Positions 22,482 through 35,700 of a stretch of DNA of 64,000 bases are shown here, piece by piece; within the stretch, counting starts at the first letter, position 1; each line of letters opens with the position of its first letter. The position numbers and the translations under genes were made by a program. The DNA is from Hemiscyllium ocellatum. Its lineage: Eukaryota. The stretch covers positions 28,610,543 through 28,674,542 of the forward strand of contig NC_083416.1 of NCBI RefSeq assembly GCF_020745735.1, in the 5' to 3' direction. The notes below the pieces were generated by a model. It worked only from the letters and a program-made list of their open reading frames with translations. It was not told where the DNA came from and searched no databases.

Positions 22482-24680
22482 TCATAGCCATAGAATCATA
22501 TAACATAGAAGAGGCCCTTTGGCCCATTGAGTCTGCACTGACTATCTGTACTATTTCCACTTTTCGCACATAGCATGTAGCCTTGAATGTTTTGTCTCTT
22601 TAAAGGTTTATCCATACTCTTCTTAAAAGTTGTATGGTTTCTTGCCTCTACTCTCTACCTGGCCAGTGCATTCCAGAACCCACTAACCTCTGGATGAGCA
22701 TATATTTTCTCAAATCCCCTCTAATCATCCTGCCCTTCACCTTATAATTACGCCTTCTGGTTTTTGACCATTCAGTTAAGGGGACCAGCTGCTTCTTATC
22801 CACCCTGTCCATGCCCTTCATAATCTTATACACCTCGATTGGGCTTCTCCTCAACCTTTTCTACTCTAATGAAAACAGCCCGAGTGTTTCCAGCGTCTCC
22901 TCATAGCTAAAATGCTCCAATCCAAGCAACATCCCGATGAATCTTCTCCGCACTACCTTTGGTGCAATCACATTCTTCCTATACTGTTGCAACCAGAACT
23001 GCACACAGTACTCCAGCTGTGGCCAAACCAAATTTCTGTTCAGCTTCAACATAACCTCCTGGCTGTTATAATCAATGCCATAACTAATAAGTACAAGCAT
23101 CCCATATGCCGTCTTAACTAACCTATTAACTCTGATTACCTTCAGGGATCTGTGGACCAGCAACCCAAGATCCCACAGTTCCTCTGAGATTACTAATGTC
23201 CTGCCATTTAGTGAAAACTATCTTCCTACTTCCTCCAAAGTGCATCACCTCACACTTTTCAAAGTCAAATTTCATCAGCCAATGATCAGTCCATCTGACT
23301 AATCCATCTACACCATCCTGTAACCTAAGACTTTCTTACTCACTATTAATCACATGGCCAATTTCTGAGTCAGCTACAAACTTGCTTATTAGTCCCCCTG
23401 TCATTCCCATCTATATTGTATATCAGAAACAAAAAGGGACCCAGCACTGATACCCGTGGTAGGTCAGTGGATAGGTGTCTCTAGCCGCACAAACAATCTT
23501 CTATCAACACTCTTTATTTCCTACCAGTAAGCCATTTGGATCTACCTTGCCAAGTTATCTTACACCCCAAGTATTTTTACCATCTTTGTCAGATTCTCAT
23601 ATTGGACCTTGTCAAAGGCTTTGCTGAAATCCTTATAAACTATCCCACCTCGACACCTGATCACTCCCTTCAAAAATTCAATCAAGTGTTTTAGGTATGA
23701 TCTCCACCTGGCAAAGTGATGCTGACCATTCCTAAGCAAACCTTGTCCGTCCAAGTGGAAATTAATTATCTTCTTCAAACTTTTCTCTAATAGCTTCTAT
23801 AAAACTGATGTGAGACTCACTGATCTCTATAATTCCCTGGTCTATCTCTGTCAACCTTCTTACAAAATGGAATTACATTAGTTTTCTCCAGTCCACCTCC
23901 CCTATAACCAGAGTGGAATTAAAAATTTGGAGATGAACTCCTCTAATTTCCTCTATTGTCTGCCACAGTAATTGGGACAGAACTCATCTGGACCTAGGGA
24001 TTTGTCCTCTTTTAAAACCCAACAAAACACTCGGTATCAATCTGCTCAAAAGTTTAACTGTCACTCTCCCCAAATTCTGTATCTATCTTCTCCTCCTCCT
24101 AAGTGAAGACAGAGGTTTAATATCCTATCAATTCTCTGGCTCCACACACTGTTTTCCCTTTGGTCCCTACCCCTTACCTTATTGTACTAATACTCTGAGT
24201 CCCCTTCTCCACTGAACTAGCTTAAACTCCTCCAAGCACCACACGCAAGCTAACCCACAAGGATGCTGGTCCACCATTTTGGTTCAGGTTCAGACTGTCC
24301 CGTGTGTAGAGATCTCAACTTCTCCAAAAACGGTTTCAGCAATCTCAATGTGAAACCCTCTCTCCTGAGCCAATCTTTGAGCCTTGCATTCATGTCCCTG
24401 GTCTCCTATGTCTGTATTTGCTAGCAGTACTAGTAATCCAAAGATTACAACCCTTGAGGTCCTGCTTTTTTCATCTACTGCCTTGCTCCCTGAATCCCTG
24501 AATTCATGATGCAAACCTCATCCCTCATTCTATCTACCTCATTAATGCCAACATGTACTACAACCTCTAACTTATTTCCTTTCCCCTTCGCATTGTACTG
24601 CAATGAATCAATGACACCCCTGTCCCTTGGCCAAGGAGGTGGGGGGGTGGAGTGTGGGGGAGGCATCACACTATCCTGGA
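22482..24680 (-). mobile_element. Decayed CR1 LINE spanning 3' tail, RT and ORF1 esterase-like remnant (internally deleted)
   Basis: Minus-strand motifs LVWPQLEYCVQFW and DFSKAFDKV, plus VVVHVGINEV (ORF 24475-24669), which resembles the SGNH-type GxND block of CR1 ORF1. (tctatgac)-like tail at 22482-22510. Confidence 0.85.
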
Positions 24681-24682
24681 TT

Positions 24683-24789
24683 CACCTGACGAAGTTTGTA
24701 ATTACAAATAAACCTGTTGGGTTATAACCTGGTGTCATGTGACATCCGATTTTGTCCACCACAGTCCAACGGCAACACTTCCACATCAG
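24683..24789 (+). mobile_element. Family B-related pLTR lacking stem II
   Basis: Reads cacctgacgaag...aaataaacctgttgggttataacctggtgt...agtccaac. Confidence 0.7.
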
Positions 24790-25540
24790 GTTTGGTAGTA
24801 TTTAGATCAGCTTGGGTAAAAGGAAATAGCATTTCAGGGTGGAAGTGGTATGGTGGAATCTAGTCAGGTCAGGACTGGAGGGAATGAATATTTGTGGATG
24901 CGAAGCAAATAAAATGTACAGTATCATCTTTGTTGTTTTTGGAGGCAGGAAATATTCTATTACACTTCTGATTTGTGCTTTATAGATGGTGGACTGGCCT
25001 TGGGAAGCTAGAAAGTGAGTTACTCATTGCAGTATTCCCAGCTTCTGATCTGCTTTTGTAAATACAGTATTTTTATGGCTAGTTCAGTTCAGTTTCTAAT
25101 CAATGTCAATCTCTATGATGTTGGGTTTCAGTGATGGTAATGACATTGAATATTGAGGAGCAAAGATTTGGTTGCCTCTTTTCGGGCCAGTCATTGCCTG
25201 CCTTTTGTGATCAAAAAGAGCAGTTAGCACTTGTAACACCAAACCTGGATATTGTTCAGGCATTGCTGCATTTGGACATGACCTGCTTCAGTATCTGATA
25301 AATCATTAATGGTACTGAACATTTTGCAATCATCAGCAAACATCCTCAATTCTGACTTTTATGATGGAGGGAAGATGGTTGGACATAGGACACTACCCTG
25401 AGGAACTCCTGCAGAGGTGTCCTGGAGCTGAGATGACTGACCTTCAACAACCATGATCATCTTCCTATGTGCAAGATATGACTACAACCAGCTGAAGGTT
25501 TTCACCCTGATTCTCATTGACTCTAGATTTGGAAGAGTCT
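24790..25540 (-). mobile_element. Old CR1/L2-group LINE RT fragment
   Basis: The reverse complement includes the SAGVPQGSV motif (~25400). Homologous to 59200-60100. Confidence 0.75.
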
Positions 25541-26439
25541 GGACCACAAGCTTCCTGCAATAGTGTTTGTAGTTGTTGTAGGAAGAAAATTTTATAACAA
25601 AACAAGTAGATAAATTGAAAATAATAGTAGCAAAATTGTAGCATTAGAAGTAAAATTGCCAATAATGGAACATAATACACTCGCGTTAGAAAGTCATGCT
25701 TCTGGTCTCTTGCATTTATACAACACATGGCCTCTGTTATGATGTTGTAGATGTTTGAGGTGGATTGATAGTCATGGTAGAAGGATTATTTATGATGTAA
25801 CCATATAATGCATTTCAGAATCTTTTAAAATATTAAGTTTTTTCCACTAAATGATGTATATTGATCCCAATTATACGCCCTGAAATTACTTACAAATTAA
25901 TTCGCAAAACACTTCTGCTGTAATGAATTTGAAGCACTTTTTCTAATAAAAACATAAACAATCCAAAACATTGTAATTGCTTGGAGTTATCCCATTTAGT
26001 TCAGGATTTTCTGTAATTTCTGAAATATCTATCCACTTCTGACCTTTGTCAGTAATGCAGACAAACCAGCAAATCTACCATGCAAAGTAAGATTACATTC
26101 TTTGTAATCAGGCTTAAAGTCATGATCATCCGACTTGACCATGAGACTATTATTACTGAGCTAAAACAGACACAATAAGGGTTTTGGATCCTGTGCAGTG
26201 TGACTTTCAAACAAATAGCCCGTGTAAGCACAAGTCTGACATATATTGATTGGATGCCCAGTATTGATCTAAAAATAACAGCTCAAGCCATATATAAACC
26301 TATAGTTCAACTGACAAGCCTGAACATCAATGTTATTCCAAGAACAAATTGTACCTGTCACTTTGCTGACGAGGTTAGACTGGAAGACACCTTCACCAGG
26401 GAGAATATATCATGAGTTTAGGTTTTGTTTTTGGAGAAA

Positions 26440-26855
26440 AATAATGGCTTGTATTTATGGTGGGCATTGTCTTGAGCCAATGTGGTCTCCCAGCCTCGAA
26501 AACCTCAAGATGATGCCCAGTGAGGACTGGAGGTGTGGTCCGGCACAGACTGCTGGCAAAGCCCATTATGGGTTGCTCCATCTTCTCAGCATTGAAAGAA
26601 TTTAATTCCGAACTTATTAATTTCATTATTCTTCTAATTTATTCCTAAGGCTTTGTACCCCGATAGCTTTTGTACCTAAGATGGCACAAAGGTCTGACAT
26701 GCTGAACTTTTTATCTCTTTTTTTTAATTTATTTCTAAGAATCTATACCAAGGTATATTTGTTCCCTAGATTGCATCATAAACAGTGACTTTGTAAATCT
26801 TTAATTGTACTCATATGAGTACATGTGACAATAAACCTAATTCTAATTTTAATTT
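26440..26855 (+). mobile_element. Non-LTR retroelement/SINE 3' end with an internal ~90-bp tandem duplication
   Basis: Ends gtactcatatgagtacatgtgacaataaa followed by (ctaatt)n. Two related units taatttatt..ctaag..tacc..ttgt.cct are present. Confidence 0.5.
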
Positions 26856-27929
26856 TAATGACAGTGAATTTGATTGTATGCCAACATTACTTCATTGAAG
26901 CTAGCAGTGAATTCAAGAATCACCATATTCACAGTAAAACATGGAAATTTTTGTCCAGAGAGTGCACTATTAAAGTGTACCAAAAGTGCATCCCACAATC
27001 AATGAATACATTCACAAGAATTATACTATTAATCTCACTGCAAACCTTACAGATGTTAAACCTATTGAAAAATGTACATCTGGGTTTTTAATCCGGCTCA
27101 TCCATTCACCAGAAAGTAGATCCTTTGCTTATTCCCGATTAATCTTTCACTTTGAGCCATTTCTCTTGGCAGCTTTTCATCAGTGCTGGTTTCATATTAC
27201 CTTCCATTCTCATGGATAGAGCAAGAAAGTAGGACTCAAATCTATCTCACCTAGAAGAGGAATCAACCTCACATTATTGGTATTGTTCTGGATCATCTGA
27301 ACTAGTCATCTGAACTAACTTTGATCGTCAATTAATTTCATAATTACTCATAAACTGACCTTGAAAAGCAAACTTTACACTTGTGGAATGTTACATTTCA
27401 CCACGATAGTAACATATTTTAGTTTTTACTTGAATCCAGTCATAAACATTATCTGAATATTTAGATTAAAAGTGAAAAATAAACTGCTTTAAACTTCCTT
27501 GTTTGCTACATGTGAAAATATTCCAATGTTATTGGCTCGTTGCCCTGCTTACTCAAATCATTGTTGTTTGACTGCAAGAGATAACTTCAGTAAAAAAGGA
27601 TATCAATAGTACAGAGATCATTAGATACCAATGGGAAGAATGTTTCACATTTAGTTGCATACTTGTTTTGACAATACTACAAATCCAACCCAATGCATCC
27701 TTCAGGCAGTATCCACAGCACCTTGTCTCCAGGTATTAAAGGATAATGGATGTTATACATTGAGTTCAAAAGCTTTAACAACTCTTCCTAGAGTAAGAAA
27801 AATTAATTCTTTTCTGTAATCAACAGAATTGCTTGTCCAGTTGAAATGAAAAGAAAATCACATTCCAGATACTGAGATAAAGATTTCCAATTTTTCCCTT
27901 CAGGTTTGATTGCCTAGATGAGAACCTTG

Positions 27930-28024
27930 ATTAGAGTGGTGTTGGAAAAACACAGCAGGTCAGACAGCATCCGAGGTGCAGGAAAACCAATGTTTCAGGC
28001 AAAAGCCCTTCATCGGGAATGAGG
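27930..28024 (-). mobile_element. Solo PLE pLTR (family A), tail-less
   Basis: Homologous to family A. Possible degenerate TSD tgagaaccttg / tgaggaatcttg. Confidence 0.8.
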
Positions 28025-29379
28025 AATCTTGCTCACAGGAGGCAAGGACCTTATTTCCATACATTTGCATCTTATTACTAGGAAATCTAGTTTAATGTAT
28101 GTGCTCTCCACAATTCTCTCAGGAACTGTGAGAAACCAAATGATGCTAAGTTCTGATTTGAGTAGTTGTCTGGAAGGTGCAACATGCCAGCATCATCTCT
28201 GAGCCTCCATGTTGGGTATCATTCTCCAGCACCTCAGGACATGCTCCATGGACAGCAACCACTTGCAAACTCTGTCCACCAAATCCATAGTAGCAAAACT
28301 CCAGCCTCATTTCAACATCATGGCCGATCTCAGGTATAGTCAGAAGACCCTTCACTACTTCACTATTGAATGTTGGAGCTCATTTTCCCAGATCGCTCTG
28401 TGAGCACCTCTGCATATGCACAAAGCCTATCTAAAAGCATTTCGATTGTTTTCTTAGTTCTCATTCGCTATATGCCTGTTTAGGCAGCGACAGAATCTCT
28501 GACTTGCCTTGCCTTTTGTGAATTTTCACTTCACTCAGACCCTAAAGGCCCAGATTATTTCTGCCTTGTCCTGTATTTTAAAACAGATAAAAAGACATCT
28601 TGTCAGCACCAAACCAAGAGGCTGGACATGTTGTGCAGAACAGCAAGCACACTGCATATGTTTCAACCAAATGGCCACCTGAAGGTCGAAAGGAAGTGAT
28701 CCTTACTTGAGCGAAGGGGGATTACAGTTAGTCTGATGCATCCACAGTCAGTCAGGGGCATCATTTGATCCCCCTCCAGATGTTGGGCACAGCCAGCTGG
28801 GTACTTGGTGTGATCAGAGTCCCCGTGTCCTTGCACCTTAGGATTTGGGCCAACTTCAATAATGGAGGTCATGTTTGACCAGTACAGATACATCACTGTG
28901 GAGATTTAGAAGGATCAGTTTGGGGACTGGGCTGTACTCAGGCAGAATTGCCCTCACTGGTCAGTCCTGGCGATGAGCCATGGTCAGTCTATGGATTTGA
29001 ATAGCAAACATTGAAGGGATTTATCAGAGGGGAAAACCATGGTATGTTGAGGAATTTAAGAATGTGAAATGTGAACATTGTAGGCATTATACTGGGATAC
29101 ACAGTGGATAATGACAGTAAAGGGGGTAACTCCACATGTAGTGGTGGGTTCTCATATAGCATGGGAGAGCACAGCGGACTGTGCAGGGTTTTCACAAGTC
29201 ACCACCACTCTGAAGGACAATGCATAATGATAATGGGCTGGGGGCTGATGGGGAATATGGTGATGTTGACAGGTAAATGAAAGAGGGTGGTGGAAAAATG
29301 AGGAGCCTCAAATCTGATGGGATTGACAGAGATAGCTACACAAGTAAGTGCAATAAGAATTAGTGTGAATCATGACTTT

Positions 29380-29620
29380 CAGGCTGAGTGAAGAACTCAC
29401 AGTCATGATCATGTTCTGGATACTATTCCATCTGGTACCAAATGTGCGATAAGGATGAATAGTAATTGCTAACACATTCAAAGCAGGTGGAATACCTTTC
29501 TTATTTTTGTCTATGGCGACAGGATGGACATGTTTGCACTATGTGTCAGAGAATGGATGCTAACAGGGCATGTGACATCATCCATTCTTAAGTGAATTCG
29601 TTGTCTACTGAAATTCATAA
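29380..29620 (-). pseudogene. Possible decayed PIF/Harbinger transposase fragment
   Basis: The reverse complement gives traces of D.TH, RKG.FH and YP..HD motifs across frameshifts. Confidence 0.3.
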
Positions 29621-30689
29621 AGGGAGAATGAACCTTTTCCCACAGAGAAGGTTGCACTCATGAATGATCATGCAAACAAAAGTGGTCATAAGTGTGGAAC
29701 ACGAGTGGAGGCAAGGCCTTTTTGCAATCTTATCCCCATTTCATTACCACTTTAATAAGAAGATCACTGAGTGAAACTCAGGAATGTAAGCCTTGAAGAA
29801 TGCCAGAAATCTGCTGTTATACAAATGCTTCTCAGAGATGAGCAACACCTTGCCAACATAACTGCCATCCTCCTAAGGATGTATGAAGACTCTACTTAAC
29901 ATTGACATGGTAGCCATATCACCCAGCCCAGAGCTAAAATAGTGGTTGATCAGACATGCCATAACTTAATGTACATATATATTTATAGATTTGAGAGCAC
30001 AGCTAAGTGATGTATCTGCCTAAGTCACTTATGTGTCCTTGGAGAACCTTTTGTTCCGTTGCCCTCCCAATATGATTAGGTGCAGTCCAAGAGTCTGTAG
30101 CCGGGATGAAAGGAGCTGAAGCCCTAGTGGAGCGTGTTGGCCTGGAAAATTTTAGCAAATTATCTCAGGGGTATTTGTGGTTAGAGGGGCCTGGCATGCT
30201 GGCTGTATCCTGGCCAGATGCAGGCTTACTGCAACTTGCCTGCAACTTTCACAGGGTTGAGGTTTGCCAGCAGGATGGAGGTGGAGGGGCTCAATATCCC
30301 TAGAGCGTCCTGAAAGGAGTCTTTTTCTGCTATTTCTCCTCCATCTAGGTGCCTACTGGCATCACCATGATCTTTGAGAGGAAAGGAAAGATCTCTTTGG
30401 AATGAGTTTGAGGACCATATTACTCTTGCAACAATGCTGCTGATACTGACCATCATTAGCTAAAGCAGTGGAGTGCAGGTCCATGTGCAATTGGGCAACC
30501 ACTAAGTTTTCCTCTGGCCCTGGCAAGCATGGTGGCCAGTAACGTGTCTCAGGAGTCAGGTAATGTAAAAGCAGAAAGAGCTGATTGTGACTAATCAAGG
30601 AACAATGCAACCGATTTAAGAGTAACAAAGCGGATTTGCATAATTGCAGTTGTTCTGACAAGAGTGACCGTTTGAGGTTTTGAGGCTTT

Positions 30690-31050
30690 TGAGGGACATG
30701 GATAGGATAAATAGACAAGGTTTTTTCCCTGGGGTGGGGGAGTCCAGAGCTAGAGGGCATAGGTTTAGGGTGAGAGGGTTCTTATTTAAAAGGGACCTAA
30801 GGAGCAACTTTTTGAGGTAGAGGGTGGTGTATGTATGGAATGAGCTGCTAGAGGAAATGGTGGAGGCTGGTACAATTACAACATTTGAAGACATCTGGAT
30901 GGGTATATGAATAGGAATAGTTGAGAGGAATATGGGCCAAGTGCCGGCAAATGGGATCAGATTAGGTTAGGATATGTGGTCGGCATGGATAAGTTGGACC
31001 AAAGAGTCTGTTTCCATGCTATACATCTCTATGACTCCATGACTCTAACT
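30690..31050 (+). mobile_element. CR1 (HER1-like) 3' end
   Basis: ORF2 C-terminus (RGHRFRVRG, WNELLEEMVEAGT), 3' UTR and tail tctctatgactccatgactcta. The tail resembles the HE1 SINE tail. Confidence 0.9.
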
Positions 31051-31564
31051 ACGAACATGCAAGATGATATAAAACGTCAGTCATCTGTTGACTCTTTTAA
31101 CCCTTTTTTAGATATATCGGTTTCTGTGAGCACCGAGAAAAAATTACGTTCTACTTCAGAGAAACGTTGATTATGTGTAAATATTTATATAACAAATCTG
31201 ATGCAGTCTGAAATCATACCATCATGTGAAACATTTAGTTTTTGTTTGTATTAATGTGTTAACCTATGCCATTTCTATATATTCCTTGGTGATTGAACAG
31301 TTTGGATTTATGAGCAACAATACAAGATAACGTGAGATTTCAGATTTTATGTGTAGAGGGAGCTATTTGATTACATTTCCAAAGTTTAGTTCGCAGAATT
31401 TATCATTAAGGCCAGCCTCCACGGAAATACATCATAACATTTTAATGCATTTTTTAACAATAAATTAATAAGGCAGAAGTCAGTTAACTAATCACATTGC
31501 TTTGCTTCATATAGTCAAATGGTTAAGAAACCTGCAATTCTCATTCATTCAATTTTTTTATAAC

Positions 31565-31672
31565 TTCATTCACAGGATATAGACACTGCTGGCTGGGCCA
31601 ACATTTGTTGCTCATCCCTAGTTACCCACGAGAAAGTGGTGGTTAGCTACCTTGTCACTTAGAGTTAACCAT
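31565..31672 (-). mobile_element. 3' tail fragment of the tRNA-SINE/LINE family
   Basis: ttcattcacaggat...gctcatccctagttacc matches 39262-39310. Confidence 0.6.
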
Positions 31673-31784
31673 TATTTGATATTGTTGTAAGCTGAACTTA
31701 CATATAATATATATTTTAAGTTTTGTTTTATTCTTTAAAATGTATTTATATAGTTTTTATTTTTTGTTGATATTGATTCATGAA

Positions 31785-32760
31785 CTTTTACAGCAAGAAA
31801 TGAGGCCATTTAGTCTCCCATCATATCTACATCAGTCAATAAGGGTCGAGAGTGTGGTACTGGAAAAGCAAGGCAGGTCAGGCAGCCTCAGAGGAGCAGG
31901 ACAATTGACCGTTTCTGGCATAAGCCCTTCATCAGGTATGATAAAGGGCTTATACATGAAATATTGATTCTCCAGATCTTCGGATACCACCTGACCTGCT
32001 GTGCTTTTCCAGCTCCTGTTGCGCCAGTCCACACTTTCTCCATCAGTCAATAAAGGTCTGACTTCACTCATTCCCTGTTCCAGCTCTTCACCCATGGTCC
32101 TAGAAGCCATGAAAATTCAAGACAATACTGACCTGTTGCATAAGTATTCCAAGAGTTTCTGGTTCAGTAACCTTTTCAGGTTTTGTGGGTTCTAGGTTCC
32201 TACCAACCTCTGTGTGAACAAAAATTTTCATCAACATTCCTCGCAGACTTCTACCTTTTACCTTAATCCATGACCCTTGGATATCAACCCATCCTTGAGT
32301 AGAAAAAGTGCTTCCTATCTACCTTATCCATGCCCCTCAAATTCTTAAACACCTCTATTAGGTCCCCCAACCTTTGCTGTTCCAAGGAAAATAACCTCAG
32401 ACTATCTAACCTTTTTTTTCACATAACTCAGACCTCCCAGCCTTGGCAGTATCCTCTCTAATGTGACCATCCTCTCCTTATAAAGTGATGATGATAATTG
32501 TATGAATATTCCATGTGGCCTAATCAGCATTTTATGCAGTTCCAGCACAACTTCCCTGCCATTGTATTCTTTCCCTCAGCTAAAAATAAACCAAGAATCC
32601 TGTGTGCTTTCTTAACCACTTTACTACCTACCCTGTACCTTTAGGCATCTATTGCACAACCTGATCACTTTGGTTTTTAATCCTTTCTATCCATGGAAAG
32701 TGTCCTATCATCTATGGTGTAATCCTATGCCTTATTAGCCCTCCCTATAAAGCCGTTAAT
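31785..32760 (-). mobile_element. Old CR1 3' fragment interrupted by a PLE foldback
   Basis: CR1 3' UTR and ORF2 C-terminus on the minus strand, continuous across the insertion. Confidence 0.75.
31848..32040. mobile_element. PLE foldback mini-element (family A), 18-bp TSD
   Basis: Flanks are catcagtcaataagggtc (31830-31847) and catcagtcaataaaggtc (32041-32058). The inverted pLTR arms meet at ~31937. Confidence 0.88.
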
Positions 32761-35700
32761 ATAAAGCTGAATAAATGACATGCTTGGGTAATGTTGCAGT
32801 TAAAAGCTCCACATTTTCTACTCAATAAATCTGAACAGAAATTGTACTCGACAGAATTGTAGGTGCACCTCAGTGGGTGGCAGAGGCAATTTTAGTGATT
32901 TTTTTTCTGAACAACAAATTCATGTTGAGATGATGTCAAGAATAATGACATGTAGTTATACATTATTGCAGACAATGCATCTCAAGAGGTAAAAACATGT
33001 TTCAGACAAGATCAGCAGTTGCATACTTTTCTCAAATCAAAGTGCAGGGAGGAACATGTATAGGCAGGGGACAGTGGTAAAAGTCAATTCCTAAGTAAAT
33101 GAATATAATAACTGATCCATCAGGAAATGGGTGAAATGAATTGCTCTTACAGATTTAGGTGTTTAGAATAATACTGTTGATATGATAGTCAAAGAAATAG
33201 CATTGTAGTTAAAAGGGGCAGGGCGAAAAGTATCTCAGAAACATTGGATAGGGACTGAGGGAGAAAACCAGCCAGAAAGAAAAAGTAAGAAAAATATCAA
33301 ATATAAAATTTTTTTTAAAAGTCTGTAATATTTCAAGATTGAAGTGGTAAAATAATGAAAATTCACATATATATGTGTTCACTTTTTGGGAACGAGGTTG
33401 AGCAGCTGTCATAAAATTATCCAATGGATTTTTACTTTTGAAGCTGTAACTCAAGTTGGGAACATTTCCAGTTTCATACATGTCTCTCAGGAAACAGTGA
33501 CCCAAGTGCATGATTCTTACCTTGAGATGGCAGGTGGGTGTTGGAGTTGGGCTGTTGCCACCTGGATAAGAACAGGAGTGACCACTTGAGACCCACCTTG
33601 GTCCTCTGCAACTTCGTTTTAATTGTTTTATTAAATGATCCTCTTCTTTTAAGGGGTTAAGAGGTGAGGAGATGAATATAAGGCACCACACCCCTGTATT
33701 GACTGCTTATGCCCTACTGTGAACTGTTCTCCTGCTGGAGAACTGATCCAGGGATGCAACAGCCTTTTATAGATGGCACAGGTGTGAGGAATGCCAGTTA
33801 ATTCCAGCACATCTGGCAGGTAGCGAGTTGTTCCAGAATGGTACATGATGAATGATCTGTTGAGTTTTGTTGGACATGGTGTGAAAGCACTTAAGGCCTT
33901 GTGGAAATATAAACCTTCCAAAATACAACTCACATCTAGCCAAAACAATCGTAAGATTCAGTCCTAAGAAATATTACATTGCTAAAAAAAAGACCATCTT
34001 TTGTTCAAAGTGCATTGTTCCTGATATGTATTAACAGCCAGGATTTATACATCAAAATATTCCTTCTGAGACAAGCCACAATTATAAGATAATGATTCTT
34101 GCCACAGAAAGGAACAATATCAGAAACATCTGAGAACATTGAGAAAAAGATTCTCTTTCTTTGACGTTAGTGTGACTAGTTCAGCAGAAGTGATCAAACG
34201 TGAAGAAAAGCTGAATCCAAACTAAAGTCTTTGAAAATGTGCTCAAAATAACTGCATCCAGGGAAAACAAAACTGAACCAGCTCAGCTGCAAAACGTCGC
34301 TGGAATCTTAAGATCAACATTGCAAAATATTACTTCCTCAGCTGAGAAGATATTTGTTTTCAATTTTACCTTCCTTCAATGTATATCTTAATTTGTTTGT
34401 TTGTTTGTTAGTGTGTGTGTGAAACACTGAATTCAGCATTGGCTTTACATTTTAAGTAATCTTTTACTTGAAGACTTCTTTGTAAAACTAACTTCTTAAT
34501 TATGATTACAATAAGATGAATGTACACTTTGTTCCTTCATGGTTTTAATGCACATTCAAATATAGATAGAATTGAGGATCAGACAGATCTGTTTAAAAAC
34601 TCAATAGCTCTGCTTAAGCAATCTCGTGATGAACAAGAGAATTTATTCACTCCTCCAGACTTGGTTTTAATACACTTGGATAGTGATTGATCAAAAAAAT
34701 GCATCAGAAAGCCAGGGCATCCTTGCTTCAGTGGCCTTAGCCCTCTGTAAATAAAATAACAACATTATTCACAGAGAAATGTTTGAGTTCAGAACATTTA
34801 TTTCTTTCAGTGTTTCAATAGTTTACATTTCAATCAGAATAAGAAAGAACAACCTTTAAATAAAATCTGATCTTATAACAGCTTTTAGATTTTCTTAGAA
34901 TGTTACTGCTGTGTAAATATAAGACAGTTTGAATTTAAAAATAAAATCAAAACTCCTTAATTCTGATTACCTTAACAGGCTTGCACTTTTTTCTTCATGG
35001 CTTCTTCAGTCACTGTGATTCCTTTTAACTACTCCACACAAAGAAGTTGATCCTTTAAACATTGCAATACAATACAATTCCACTGTCTTCCATCAGTGGG
35101 AAACCAATGATCATTACTGCCACCACACTCCATGTAACACAAAGCCTTTCACAGGACACTAGGGTATGTTAATTGTACATCTCAGGGATGACCTGAAGCT
35201 CTGCCCTGCTGCAAACCTAGCAAAATGAGGAGAATCCAGCCCCTCCTGCAGGAATAACTGAAAGAAGCATGTCTGTGAATTCAGTATGTCCACAGATAAT
35301 AGGTTTTCTGAAATATGCAGATTGTTACATAAATTAAGAAAATAGATACTATTCTAAAATATCTTAAAGGTTACATATGCAATTTATGATTCTGATATTC
35401 AAAGTCCTAACTAAGTGTAATATTACTTGGAAGCAATGACAGTTAAATTCAAACTGTCTTAACATTAATACAGTGATGATATTCTAAAAAAATCTAAAAG
35501 CTATTCTAAGAACAGATTCTTTTTAAAGATTCTTCTTCCTTATTCTGATTGAATTGTAAGCTATTGAAACACTGAAAGATGTATAAAATAGATGTTCTGA
35601 ACTCAGACAGTCCTCTGTGAATAATTCTAGTGAATGCAAATTTTGAATACTTACTTCAACATCTGCAATGACTGCAGGCTGCCTTTGAACAGTGAAGCAA

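Noticed and set aside
33209-33948. 160-aa and 99-aa minus-strand ORFs
   Set aside because: No motifs. They appear to lie in decayed repeat or low-complexity sequence.
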